The notes beneath the pieces were generated by a model that was not told the origin of the DNA, ran no database searches, and worked only from the letters and a program-made list of their open reading frames with translations. This document shows positions 1 through 8,259 of a stretch of DNA of 23,640 nt, in pieces. The position numbers and the translations under genes were made by a program. Each line of letters starts with the position of its first letter. Position 1 is the first letter of the stretch. This stretch comes from Promethearchaeota archaeon (GTDB lineage Archaea > Asgardarchaeota > Lokiarchaeia > Sigyniarchaeales > SOKP01), in assembly GCA_029838195.1 (NCBI GenBank), contig JALGVJ010000048.1:1-23640 (forward strand), written 5' to 3'.

Positions 1-2337
1 ACGATTTATGGCGCTGAATTAGGGTCCTCCAGTGATCCCATATATATGTATGCTGGGATTAAACTCGATACCTCTAATAACGGAAAGCTAATTGAGAATA
101 ATTGTTCAAACAATTTTATAGGAATATATTTATATTCAGGTAATTATAACATGCTAAAGGGAAATAAAGTAATTAACAATTTTTATATGGGAATAATTTT
201 ATTATTCAGTGATAACAACACGGTGGCGGGAAATGACGCTAATAATTATGGGGATGGAATAGATTTATATTACAGTGATAACAACACGGTGGCGGGAAAT
301 AATGCATCCGATAATGATTTTGATGGAATATATTTATATTACAGTGATAACAACACGGTGTCGGGAAATGACGCTAACAATAATTTGTATGGAATATATT
401 TAGAGTACAGTGATAACAACACGGTGTCGGGAAATGACGCTAACAATAATTATAACGATGGAATACATTTATATCAGAGTAATAACAACACGGTGTCGGG
501 AAATAACGCTAGCAATAGTGATTATATAGGAATATCTTTAAGTGCCAGTAATGAGAACACGGTGGCGGGAAATGACGCTATCAATAATTTGTGTGGAATT
601 GGTTTATATAACAGTGATAACAACACGGTGGCGGGAAATAATGCAACCGATAATGTTTTTGATGGAATAGATTTATATGACAGTGATAACAACACGGTGT
701 CGGAAAATGACGCAACTAATAATGATTATTATGGACTATTTTTATATGACAGTAATAAGAACACGGTGTCGGGAAATAATGCAACCGAAAATGATGAGAA
801 TGGAATATATTTATATCAGAGTAATAACAACACGGTGTCGGGAAATAATGCAACCGAAAATGATGAGAATGGAATATATTTATATCAGAGTAATAACAAC
901 ACGGTGTCGGGAAATGACGCTAACAATAACTATTATGGAATAGGTTTAAATCAGAGTAATGAGAACACGGTGTCGGGAAATAATGCTAGCAATAATTGGT
1001 GTGGAATTGGTTTAGAGTACAGTGATAACAACACGGTGTCGGGAAATGACGCTAACAATAACTATTATGGAATAGGTTTATATTACAGTGATAACAACAC
1101 GGTGTCGGGAAATGACGCTATCAATAATTGGTGTGGAATTGGTTTATATCAGAGTAATAACAATACGATAGTATTAAACAATGTAAGCATCAATGACTAC
1201 GCTGGGATTTATTTACATAATAGTTATAATAACACCATATTAGAAAATTTTGGAACTGTCCAATCGACATTCTCTACATTATTTGATGGAATGTGGATGG
1301 AATATGATGTTTTCCTTTATCCCGATATGTCCGGAACTGGTACTATTAATTATAATTACTATGGAGGTTATTATTTTTTTAATGCAACTTTTAGTTCTTT
1401 TGTAGGAATTGAGTTATGGGATGTAGACCAAACTACACGAATAGCTTATAATCCAAGTGGACCGTTTAACATTAATGAGGGCACACATGATTTTTTTTGG
1501 GTGTTTACAAATATTAAAATAGGAGATCATGTATTAATTAGTCAATCTATAACTGGCGATCATACATACAATGTAACCAAGGAAGTAACTCTCGAATTAC
1601 CAAATTACGGTACATTAAGAGCTTGGCAATTAGAAGATCTTGATGTTCCCGGTGGAATTGCGTGGTACGAAAAAAATACTGGAATATTATTAAAAGGGTA
1701 CTATTATTATTCTATTGGAGATCCCAATTATTATACATTTGATTTGACGAATACAAATGTAGAATTATCCCCAATTCACCCTCCTTCAAAACCTACTAAT
1801 CCATCTCCCGTTAATAATACGATTGATGTGAGCTTAAGTCCCACGCTTAGCGTTGACGTTAGTGACCCCGATGGAGATTCTTTAGACGTGTACTTTTTTG
1901 ATGCTTCCGATGATAGCTTGATTGGAGTGGTTAATGATATTCCAAGTGGAGGAAGAGCCTCCGTAGAATGGTCAGGCCTTTCAGAGAATACGATTTATTC
2001 TTGGTATGTAAATGTATCTGATGGTGTTTTAAATAATCAATCAAACACGTGGATTTTTAAGACAGGAATTAAGTTAATCTCAGAAGAAAGCTTTAAACGT
2101 GCATTTGAAGCAGCATTTCAAAAAGCTTTTCAAAAAGCATTTCAAAAAGCTTTTAAAAAAGCTCTTGAACAAAGATTATTGAAACTAATAGAAGAGACAA
2201 ATTATACATCATCTACTCTAAAAAATGAGATGATGACAATTCCAATTCATCAACTTCAATACAACTCTAAGTATCAAAATAATTTAGAAAAACTAAAGAA
2301 TATCATAGAAAAAAAGGTGAAATTACTGATTATTTAA
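1..2337 (+). CDS. NosD-like parallel beta-helix repeat surface protein, 5'-truncated by window (beta-helix + archaeal beta-rich domain + Fn3/Ig-like domain + helical tail)
   Basis: The frame is open from base 1 (TIYGAELGSSSDPIYMYAG...), so ATG 46 is probably internal. Contains GIxLxxSxNNTVxGN repeats, a WYEKNTGILL motif domain, an Ig/Fn3-like segment PSKPTNPSP...VSDPDGDSLDVYF...YSWYVNVSDG, and TAA at 2335-2337. Confidence 0.88.
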   Translation, partial: TIYGAELGSSSDPIYMYAGIKLDTSNNGKLIENNCSNNFIGIYLYSGNYNMLKGNKVINNFYMGIILLFSDNNTVAGNDANNYGDGIDLYYSDNNTVAGNNASDNDFDGIYLYYSDNNTVSGNDANNNLYGIYLEYSDNNTVSGNDANNNYNDGIHLYQSNNNTVSGNNASNSDYIGISLSASNENTVAGNDAINNLCGIGLYNSDNNTVAGNNATDNVFDGIDLYDSDNNTVSENDATNNDYYGLFLYDSNKNTVSGNNATENDENGIYLYQSNNNTVSGNNATENDENGIYLYQSNNNTVSGNDANNNYYGIGLNQSNENTVSGNNASNNWCGIGLEYSDNNTVSGNDANNNYYGIGLYYSDNNTVSGNDAINNWCGIGLYQSNNNTIVLNNVSINDYAGIYLHNSYNNTILENFGTVQSTFSTLFDGMWMEYDVFLYPDMSGTGTINYNYYGGYYFFNATFSSFVGIELWDVDQTTRIAYNPSGPFNINEGTHDFFWVFTNIKIGDHVLISQSITGDHTYNVTKEVTLELPNYGTLRAWQLEDLDVPGGIAWYEKNTGILLKGYYYYSIGDPNYYTFDLTNTNVELSPIHPPSKPTNPSPVNNTIDVSLSPTLSVDVSDPDGDSLDVYFFDASDDSLIGVVNDIPSGGRASVEWSGLSENTIYSWYVNVSDGVLNNQSNTWIFKTGIKLISEESFKRAFEAAFQKAFQKAFQKAFKKALEQRLLKLIEETNYTSSTLKNEMMTIPIHQLQYNSKYQNNLEKLKNIIEKKVKLLII
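208..1170 (+). repeat. Intragenic tandem repeat, 14 copies of a 66/69-bp unit (22/23 aa beta-helix turns)
   Basis: Core AACACGGTG(G/T)CGG(G/A)AAAT at 217, 283, 352, 418, 487, 556, 622, 691, 760, 829, 898, 964, 1030 and 1096. Units 760-828 and 829-897 are identical. Confidence 0.97.
2089..2172 (+). repeat. 12-bp coding tandem repeat (consensus GCWTTTCAAAAA) encoding seven AFQK-like units
   Basis: Encodes SFKR-AFEA-AFQK-AFQK-AFQK-AFKK-ALEQ, with units at 2089, 2101, 2113, 2125, 2137, 2149 and 2161. Confidence 0.9.
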
Positions 2338-2909
2338 AATTTAAATCTTTTTTTTTCTATATATTTTGGGTTTTGTTAATTTATAATATCTTTACAACAC
2401 ATCATTGATATAAAATTGTAAAGATATAGAAAATATATAAGCGAAGTAAATTTCTAATATTCTTTTATTCTTAATTCTATCTTTGTAAATGGCCTGCAAG
2501 ATAAACGGAAAGGATTTCGATAAATTGCTTGATTTGATCTTTTCAGGTTAAGAGTTCAATTTAAATTCATTTTTGGGTTGTTGAGGGCAATTTTTTTTTT
2601 TTAATTTCATAGAGGAGGTGTATTTGATGTTTCTATGAGGATATAAGTCACTATGAATCATATTTTACATTAGATCCGAATATTTTTAATAAATGGAAAA
2701 ATTAAAAACTTTAGTCTTTACATTATTTTTAATTTTAATAATATTCAACAAATCATCCCTTCAAAGAATTAAGAAGAAACTGCGTTCGCTATAAGATTTT
2801 AATGGTGAACTTTTGCATTTTATTTCAAGTAAATAACACCGCTCATTTTTTTTATTCATTGCGTTCTTAAATATTATAAAATCGTATAAAAACTATAATA
2901 AAACATGGT

Positions 2910-4184
2910 TCAGGGCGTTTCTTTCAATTTTTCCTTCTCTTTTTCATAAATTTCTTCCAATGTATTAAGATCCGTGATGTTCACTTCAATTAAGCTATTT
3001 TCAAATATGACAAGGGGACCCCTTTGAAGTTCCTTCCTTAAATATAATTTATCTATTTTTTCCGAACATAACCAATCAGAAATTTTAATTCCTTTTCTTT
3101 TTTCCAATTTTGCGTATTTATTAGATTGGATTTCTAATTTTGATATTTCACCTTCTTGTAATTCTAAAAATGCAAAATAAGGAGCTTCTCCAAAATGGGA
3201 AGCAATCTCTGATTTTAATCCATTATTTTCTGAAACCGGCATGGCAATTTTAATTTTTTTTACAGGACGTGCTTGAGTTATTATAATGACCTTGAAAATA
3301 TTAGGGAATTTTGATTTTATATTTTCAGTCAATTTCCTCTTTAATTTTTCTATTTTAGAAAGCGGAATATCTTGATTTAAGCTAATATCTGCTTCAAGAA
3401 AGAGGTATTTTCCATAAGATCTTATTTCAAAATGCTCTATAGCATTTACTCGAGGATAAGATTCAATTAATTCATATAATTCTTTTTTATTTTCAAAATC
3501 GATGACCGCATCCAAGAGGGTTTTGGTTGAATTAAGAAAAATGGATAACCCTCCCTTAATAATAAATAAAGCAATAAGCAATCCAATAATAGAATCTAAA
3601 ATATAAAATTCAAATAGAGCACCAATGAAACTGATAAGCACAGAAGAAGAGAGCAAATTATCAAACAATTTTTCCTTGGCTTGGGACTCTACAATTGGAG
3701 AACCCGTTTTTTTCCCCACGTATCTCAAATATAAAGTCAATAAAAGTGATAAGAGTAGAGAAACAATTAAAAAAATAATTATTATGGGAGATGTATTAAT
3801 AGTTTTTGATGTGCCTCCAATATATAAAGAAATTTCAATAAAAGATTGTTGTATTATGTTAAAAGCAGTAATAAAAATAATAATAGATATGATTAAGCTT
3901 ACAACATTTTCAATTCTATAATATCCATAAGGAAACTTTTCATTAGGTTTTCTATTGGAATAAAGAATAGCTACAAAAGCAACAACAACCATTACCAAAT
4001 CCGTCAAATTATCAAAAGCATCTGCTTGAAGCGCCAAGCTATTGGAACGTAAGCCAAAAACTAATTTCAATAAAAACAAAATAAAATTAGCCGTGAATAG
4101 AATAATATTTAATATTTCCGGTCTTTCAAATATTTTTAATTTTTCATACGGGTTGCTATCCAGAATATTTTGCTGAGATTTCAT
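2910..4184 (-). CDS. Cation diffusion facilitator (FieF-like) with C-terminal NifB/NifX-type domain
   Basis: CDF signature SLALQADAFDNLTD...KPNEKFPYGYYRIE, about 6 TM segments, a dimerisation domain (IRSYGKYLFLE), then a NifX-like KIAMPV...IASHFGEAPYF segment. Confidence 0.9.
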   Translation of the reverse strand: MKSQQNILDSNPYEKLKIFERPEILNIILFTANFILFLLKLVFGLRSNSLALQADAFDNLTDLVMVVVAFVAILYSNRKPNEKFPYGYYRIENVVSLIISIIIFITAFNIIQQSFIEISLYIGGTSKTINTSPIIIIFLIVSLLLSLLLTLYLRYVGKKTGSPIVESQAKEKLFDNLLSSSVLISFIGALFEFYILDSIIGLLIALFIIKGGLSIFLNSTKTLLDAVIDFENKKELYELIESYPRVNAIEHFEIRSYGKYLFLEADISLNQDIPLSKIEKLKRKLTENIKSKFPNIFKVIIITQARPVKKIKIAMPVSENNGLKSEIASHFGEAPYFAFLELQEGEISKLEIQSNKYAKLEKRKGIKISDWLCSEKIDKLYLRKELQRGPLVIFENSLIEVNITDLNTLEEIYEKEKEKLKETP

Positions 4185-4281
4185 TTAATAATTTTATTTT
4201 TTATAAATATCTATTAATTTACGATGATTTCTTGATGTTTACATGAGAGATTGAAATAAAACCCATGAGAAGAGGTAATAT

Positions 4282-5385
4282 TTATTGCTTGTTAATTTTC
4301 GGCGGAAGGACAAACACGTCTCGAGGGCCTGTTCTTATTAATTGAATAGCTTCATTTGGGCAATGATATGCGCATACTCCGCATCCTATACACTTATTTT
4401 CGTCCAATTTAGCTACAGCATCATTTATTTCTATTATTTTCATTGGACACATCTCAACACACGTTCCGCAAGCAACACATTTATCTTCATTAATGCTTGC
4501 TAGATAAGAACTAATCGTATGAAGTGGAAACGCCCCTTGATGGTACATTTGGAAAGGCCCACAACAACAAGAACAACAGTTGCAAATAGCTTCAATCCCT
4601 CGGTTTGGATCTAAATGCACGTGAAAGACTTTGTGGACTAAGCCATGATCTTCAGCTTCTTTGAAGATTTTAATTGCTTCGGCTTTTGAAATCCGCTTTC
4701 CGAACTCATGTTCAATGACAAACTTAGCACTTTTATCAAAAAAAAAGCAATTTTCCTTAGGAGCGTTTAATTTGCATTTTTCCCCTATTAGTTCTTTTTC
4801 CGTTCGACAATAACAATGTGCTACAGCAATATCTTCATAATCTTCAAGTAATTTTTTTACTTCTTCATGAGGTAAAACACCTTCTACTCCAGGATCCACG
4901 AATTTTTCAACGGGGATCGTCCGGTCGAGTGCGGGAAAATCTTTAAAATGTTTAACAATATTATCATAATTTTCTTGCGTGGTTTGTCTCATTTCTTTAA
5001 AAAGTTTTTCGAAGAGTCTTGCTTTTTTCTTATCAATTTCAGTGGCGCTCCCCCTTAAAAATTGATATTCAAATATGCCCGGCCACATGGGTAATAAGCG
5101 ATAAACCATTACCCCCGTTCTTCTGCTTGGAACGCCCACAATGATGCCTTGGTGCATTAAATCTTTTAACGTTTTATTTAATGCGGCCTCATCTAATTTA
5201 GATTTTTGTTTAAGTTCCTCGATATTAAGAGAGGGTTTTTTGAATACATGGATGAATTTAGCTTGCTCTTCTGTCATTAATAGTTTTAAAAGTTCAATCA
5301 CGGTTGACGTGATGGGGGTTGGCATTTGGCTTGCCCTTGCAATCGTACGAGCCGTGCGATACCATAATTTATCTTTAGCTTCTAT
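4282..5385 (-). CDS. Cys-rich 4Fe-4S dicluster protein (putative N-terminal HTH-like region, CxC/CNCCxCCC core); start probably upstream of ATG 5325
   Basis: Motifs HCYCR, ENCFFF, ICNCCSCCC, CVACGTCVEMCP and CIGCGVCAYHCP. The frame stays open upstream of 5325 (IIEAKDKLWYRTARTIARASQ), matching the paralog's WYKLAKTIVKAG; the only candidate starts there are ATA 5385 and ATT 5388. Confidence 0.88.
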   Translation of the reverse strand: MEAKDKLWYRTARTIARASQMPTPITSTVIELLKLLMTEEQAKFIHVFKKPSLNIEELKQKSKLDEAALNKTLKDLMHQGIIVGVPSRRTGVMVYRLLPMWPGIFEYQFLRGSATEIDKKKARLFEKLFKEMRQTTQENYDNIVKHFKDFPALDRTIPVEKFVDPGVEGVLPHEEVKKLLEDYEDIAVAHCYCRTEKELIGEKCKLNAPKENCFFFDKSAKFVIEHEFGKRISKAEAIKIFKEAEDHGLVHKVFHVHLDPNRGIEAICNCCSCCCGPFQMYHQGAFPLHTISSYLASINEDKCVACGTCVEMCPMKIIEINDAVAKLDENKCIGCGVCAYHCPNEAIQLIRTGPRDVFVLPPKINKQ

Positions 5386-5472
5386 AATTCTTCACTTCTC
5401 TTCCAATGATCAAACAAATAATTTAAATTAATTAGTAAAAAAAAGCATTGTTTAATTAAGTTTTGATTGATT

Positions 5473-6567
5473 TTAAGAATTTTTTATTGGAGCTGGTAAG
5501 AACACCCTTCTAAGATCCGTTCTCTTTAATTTAATCGCCTCTTGAGGGCAATGTTGAGCGCAGATACCGCATCCAATGCATTTTTCTTCAATCACGCTAG
5601 CTAAATCGTCTTTTAATTCTATTGCTTGCATTGGACATGAGTTCAAACAATTTCCGCAACCAATACAATCCATATCGTTGATATCAGAGATATAGGAAGA
5701 ATAAGTAGAAGTAGGATGGGTTCCCTCATAATATCCCGTGAAATTTCCACAACAACACGAACAACAATTACAAATGGCAAGCTCTTCTAATTGTGGATTT
5801 CCTTTTACATGAAAAGCTTTATGCACCAGGCCAATATCCTCTGCTTCTCTTAAGAGTTTTAAGGCTTCATTTTTACTAATTTGTTTTGCAAAACCATGAT
5901 CTATCGCAAATTTGGCCGTTCTTCCAAAACTTAGACAATTTTCACGAGGAGCATTAATTTTGCAAGGATCATTTAATAAATCTTTTCTATGGCGGCAATA
6001 ACAATATGAGACTCCAATAATATCATATTTATCCACAATTGCTTTTATATCTTCAGCTGGAATGTTGATTTCTCCATTAAATTTTACTTCTTTTTCAACA
6101 GGTATTACTCTGTCGATAGGAGGTGCTTGTTGAAAAGCTTGCATTACGAGTTCATAATTATTTTGCGTTATTTCTGTCATTTCTTTAAATAATTTATCCC
6201 ACAATCGAGCTAATTTTTTCTGCTTTTCACCCGTTTCACCTTTCATGAGCGAGAATTCAAGTAAGCCCGGTAAGAAGCCTACTAATCTATAGACCATTAT
6301 CCCGGTAGTTCTACTTGGTAGGGCAGTAATCATCCCAATATCCATTAATTCATTCAGTTTTTTCCTCAACATCTCCTCGTCCAATTGAAATTTCTCTCTA
6401 ATTTGATCAAAATTGAGTGAAACTTTTCTGAATTTGAGTAAAAATTCAAGTTGTTCTTCAGTAATAAGAGTCTTTAGAATTTCAATAAGAGTTTCATTAA
6501 TGGGCACTGGAGGCCCTCCAGCTTTTACAATGGTTTTAGCTAATTTATACCAAGATGTATTGTTCAT
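5473..6567 (-). CDS. Cys-rich 4Fe-4S dicluster protein, paralog of 4282-5385
   Basis: Motifs YCYCR, ENCLSFG, ICNCCSCCC, CIGCGNCLNSCP and CIGCGICAQHCP. ATG 6567 (MNNTSWY) is preferred over 6606 from alignment with the paralog. Confidence 0.9.
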   Translation of the reverse strand: MNNTSWYKLAKTIVKAGGPPVPINETLIEILKTLITEEQLEFLLKFRKVSLNFDQIREKFQLDEEMLRKKLNELMDIGMITALPSRTTGIMVYRLVGFLPGLLEFSLMKGETGEKQKKLARLWDKLFKEMTEITQNNYELVMQAFQQAPPIDRVIPVEKEVKFNGEINIPAEDIKAIVDKYDIIGVSYCYCRHRKDLLNDPCKINAPRENCLSFGRTAKFAIDHGFAKQISKNEALKLLREAEDIGLVHKAFHVKGNPQLEELAICNCCSCCCGNFTGYYEGTHPTSTYSSYISDINDMDCIGCGNCLNSCPMQAIELKDDLASVIEEKCIGCGICAQHCPQEAIKLKRTDLRRVFLPAPIKNS

Positions 6568-6697
6568 TTTATTGATACTTTTTATTGTCAAAATTAATAT
6601 AATCATGAAGGTTTACATCATTTTTAAATTATCCTTAAATTATAGCGTTGGTTAAAAATAGGTAAAAATAAATTGTAAATGAACATGAAATTAAGAG

Positions 6698-7198
6698 ATG
6701 CTTTTGGGGATCAGCACTGGGAGATGCTTTAGGCATGCTTCTTCCATTCAATCAAAGATAGCACGTGATCATCCGGTAGCAGAGGCTGCTGCTTTTTTCG
6801 GATCATGTTCCGTTGCTCTTGAAATGACTAAAATATCTTCTATAGAAATTATCTCTCCCGTGAAAAAGTTTAATAATTTAACCCATGAAGATTTTCAAAA
6901 AGCCATTTAATTATTAAAAATAAATCTCAAGAAAAGAGAAATTGGAATCTTTAAAATTGATGTAAAGGCGATTTCTTACATTGGACAAGGTTGGATGGGA
7001 GAAGAACCATTTCCCATGGCACTTTATTCTGCAATTTGATATTTTAATGATGTTAAAACTTGCCTTCAAGTTGATGTTAATCAGGGAATAATTAATAATG
7101 ATAATGGCGTTGCTTGCACCTACCCCACAAGAAATATTTTAGAAACATTTCATAGAATGAAAATCATCTCAAAAGATTTGGATAAAATTACTTTCTGA
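6698..7198 (+). pseudogene. Degraded ADP-ribosylglycohydrolase (DraG/ARH family), C-terminal half
   Basis: Reading through TAA 6908-6910 and TGA 7037-7039 in one frame gives QSKIARDHPVAEAAA...AISYIGQGWMGEEPFPMALYSAI*YFNDVKTCLQVDVN...NDNGVAC...ILETFHRMKIISKDL. This resembles ARH motifs THxHPxAxxAA, LGxGWxxEEAxxxALY and AVNxxGDSDSxAxIAG. Confidence 0.7.
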
Positions 7199-7289
7199 AA
7201 GAAAAAAATTAGAACCCATTATTAATAAAGTAATAGAATTCTTCTTTAATAAAAAAAAATATAGTATATAAGTAAAAAAAATAAAAAAA

Positions 7290-7754
7290 TTAAATCGGTT
7301 TGAAATATTCAATGTCCAAAATTCTTTTCCTTGGTTTTTCCTTGAATACCGCTCCCACGCGCATGCCCACCTTTAATTTTTCTGGATCTCCCTCTTTTAT
7401 AACATGGACAAATCCCGTATCGGCGCCATCTAATTTAATAATGCCATACGCAAAAGGCGGTTTTAAGGGCATGACAGGAGTTTCATGCGTGACAACCGTA
7501 AAACCTTCCAGCGTCCCTTGAGGGCCTACTTCTACCCATTCTTCCATCTTTTCAAAACATTCAAAACAAATCATTTTGGGAGGAACAACAACTTTTTTGC
7601 ATTTTGGACATCGAACGCCCCAAATCTTGTTTTTCTTGCCAATTTCGGTAATAAATTTCTCAACATATGGCCCTGCCGTGTGCTTATAAGGTACTTTTAT
7701 CCTTCCTTTAAAGATTTTCTTTTCCATTTCTTCTTCCCTCATGTTTACCACCAT
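7290..7754 (-). CDS. DUF35 Zn-ribbon/OB-fold protein
   Basis: GVRCPKCKKVVVPPKMICFEC Zn ribbon; GTLEGFTVV, IKLDGADT and GMRVGAVF OB-fold segments. Confidence 0.93.
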   Translation of the reverse strand: MVVNMREEEMEKKIFKGRIKVPYKHTAGPYVEKFITEIGKKNKIWGVRCPKCKKVVVPPKMICFECFEKMEEWVEVGPQGTLEGFTVVTHETPVMPLKPPFAYGIIKLDGADTGFVHVIKEGDPEKLKVGMRVGAVFKEKPRKRILDIEYFKPI

Positions 7755-7762
7755 TATTTGTT

Positions 7763-8248
7763 TTACCCCTCCTCAATTATTCTGAAATAGGGAATATCTC
7801 CAAGATTACCTTCTCGCTTTTCTTTAAAAACCGCTTCTACTCTCTGCCCGATCTTGAATTTAGAAGGATCGGTTTCATTAATGAAATGCATCATGTACGT
7901 GTCCGCCCCATCTAATTTAAAGATAGCATAGCCATAAGGAAAAGGACGCATTCCCCCGGTATTCGGGTCAACAAATGGGTAATTCACGACGGTAAAACCT
8001 TCAAGCGTTCCCCTTGGCGGCAATTCCACCATATCATCAACTGTCATTTGTACAAGGCAATCCGCACACACCCCTCGGGGAGGCATGTGCACTTTTCCGC
8101 ATTTAGGACATTTAGAACCCATAATTTTCTTGTTTTCCTTTAGTTCTTCAAAAAATTTCACGGATAATTTTCCCATGGCCCAGTTATAAGGAAGATCGGT
8201 CTTCCATTTTATTTCAAATACTTTTTTCTCTTCTCTTTTTTTACTCAT
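7763..8248 (-). CDS. DUF35 Zn-ribbon/OB-fold protein
   Basis: GSKCPKCGKVHMPPRGVCADC, GTLEGFTVV, FKLDGADT and GQRVEAVF; preceded by a GAGGTGA SD site. Confidence 0.93.
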   Translation of the reverse strand: MSKKREEKKVFEIKWKTDLPYNWAMGKLSVKFFEELKENKKIMGSKCPKCGKVHMPPRGVCADCLVQMTVDDMVELPPRGTLEGFTVVNYPFVDPNTGGMRPFPYGYAIFKLDGADTYMMHFINETDPSKFKIGQRVEAVFKEKREGNLGDIPYFRIIEEG

Positions 8249-8252
8249 AATC

Positions 8253-8259
8253 TCACCTC
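8253..8259 (-). promoter_or_regulatory. Archaeal-type Shine-Dalgarno GAGGTGA overlapping the upstream stop codon
   Basis: Minus strand reads TTGAGGTGAGATTATG; the TGA of the thiolase-like gene lies inside the SD of the DUF35 gene. Confidence 0.75.

Noticed and set aside
677-943. 88-aa alternative-frame ORF with its own repeats
   Set aside because: Shadow of the tandem repeat inside the beta-helix gene.
208-1120. CRISPR-like appearance (about 27-bp conserved core plus 39-42-bp variable part)
   Set aside because: Periods are always multiples of three, the variable parts are similar or identical to each other, the array encodes in-frame beta-helix turns, and no cas genes are present.
208-1170. 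Diversity-generating retroelement target
   Set aside because: No reverse transcriptase or separate template repeat is in the window, and the differences between units occur as reassorted blocks within a tandem array.
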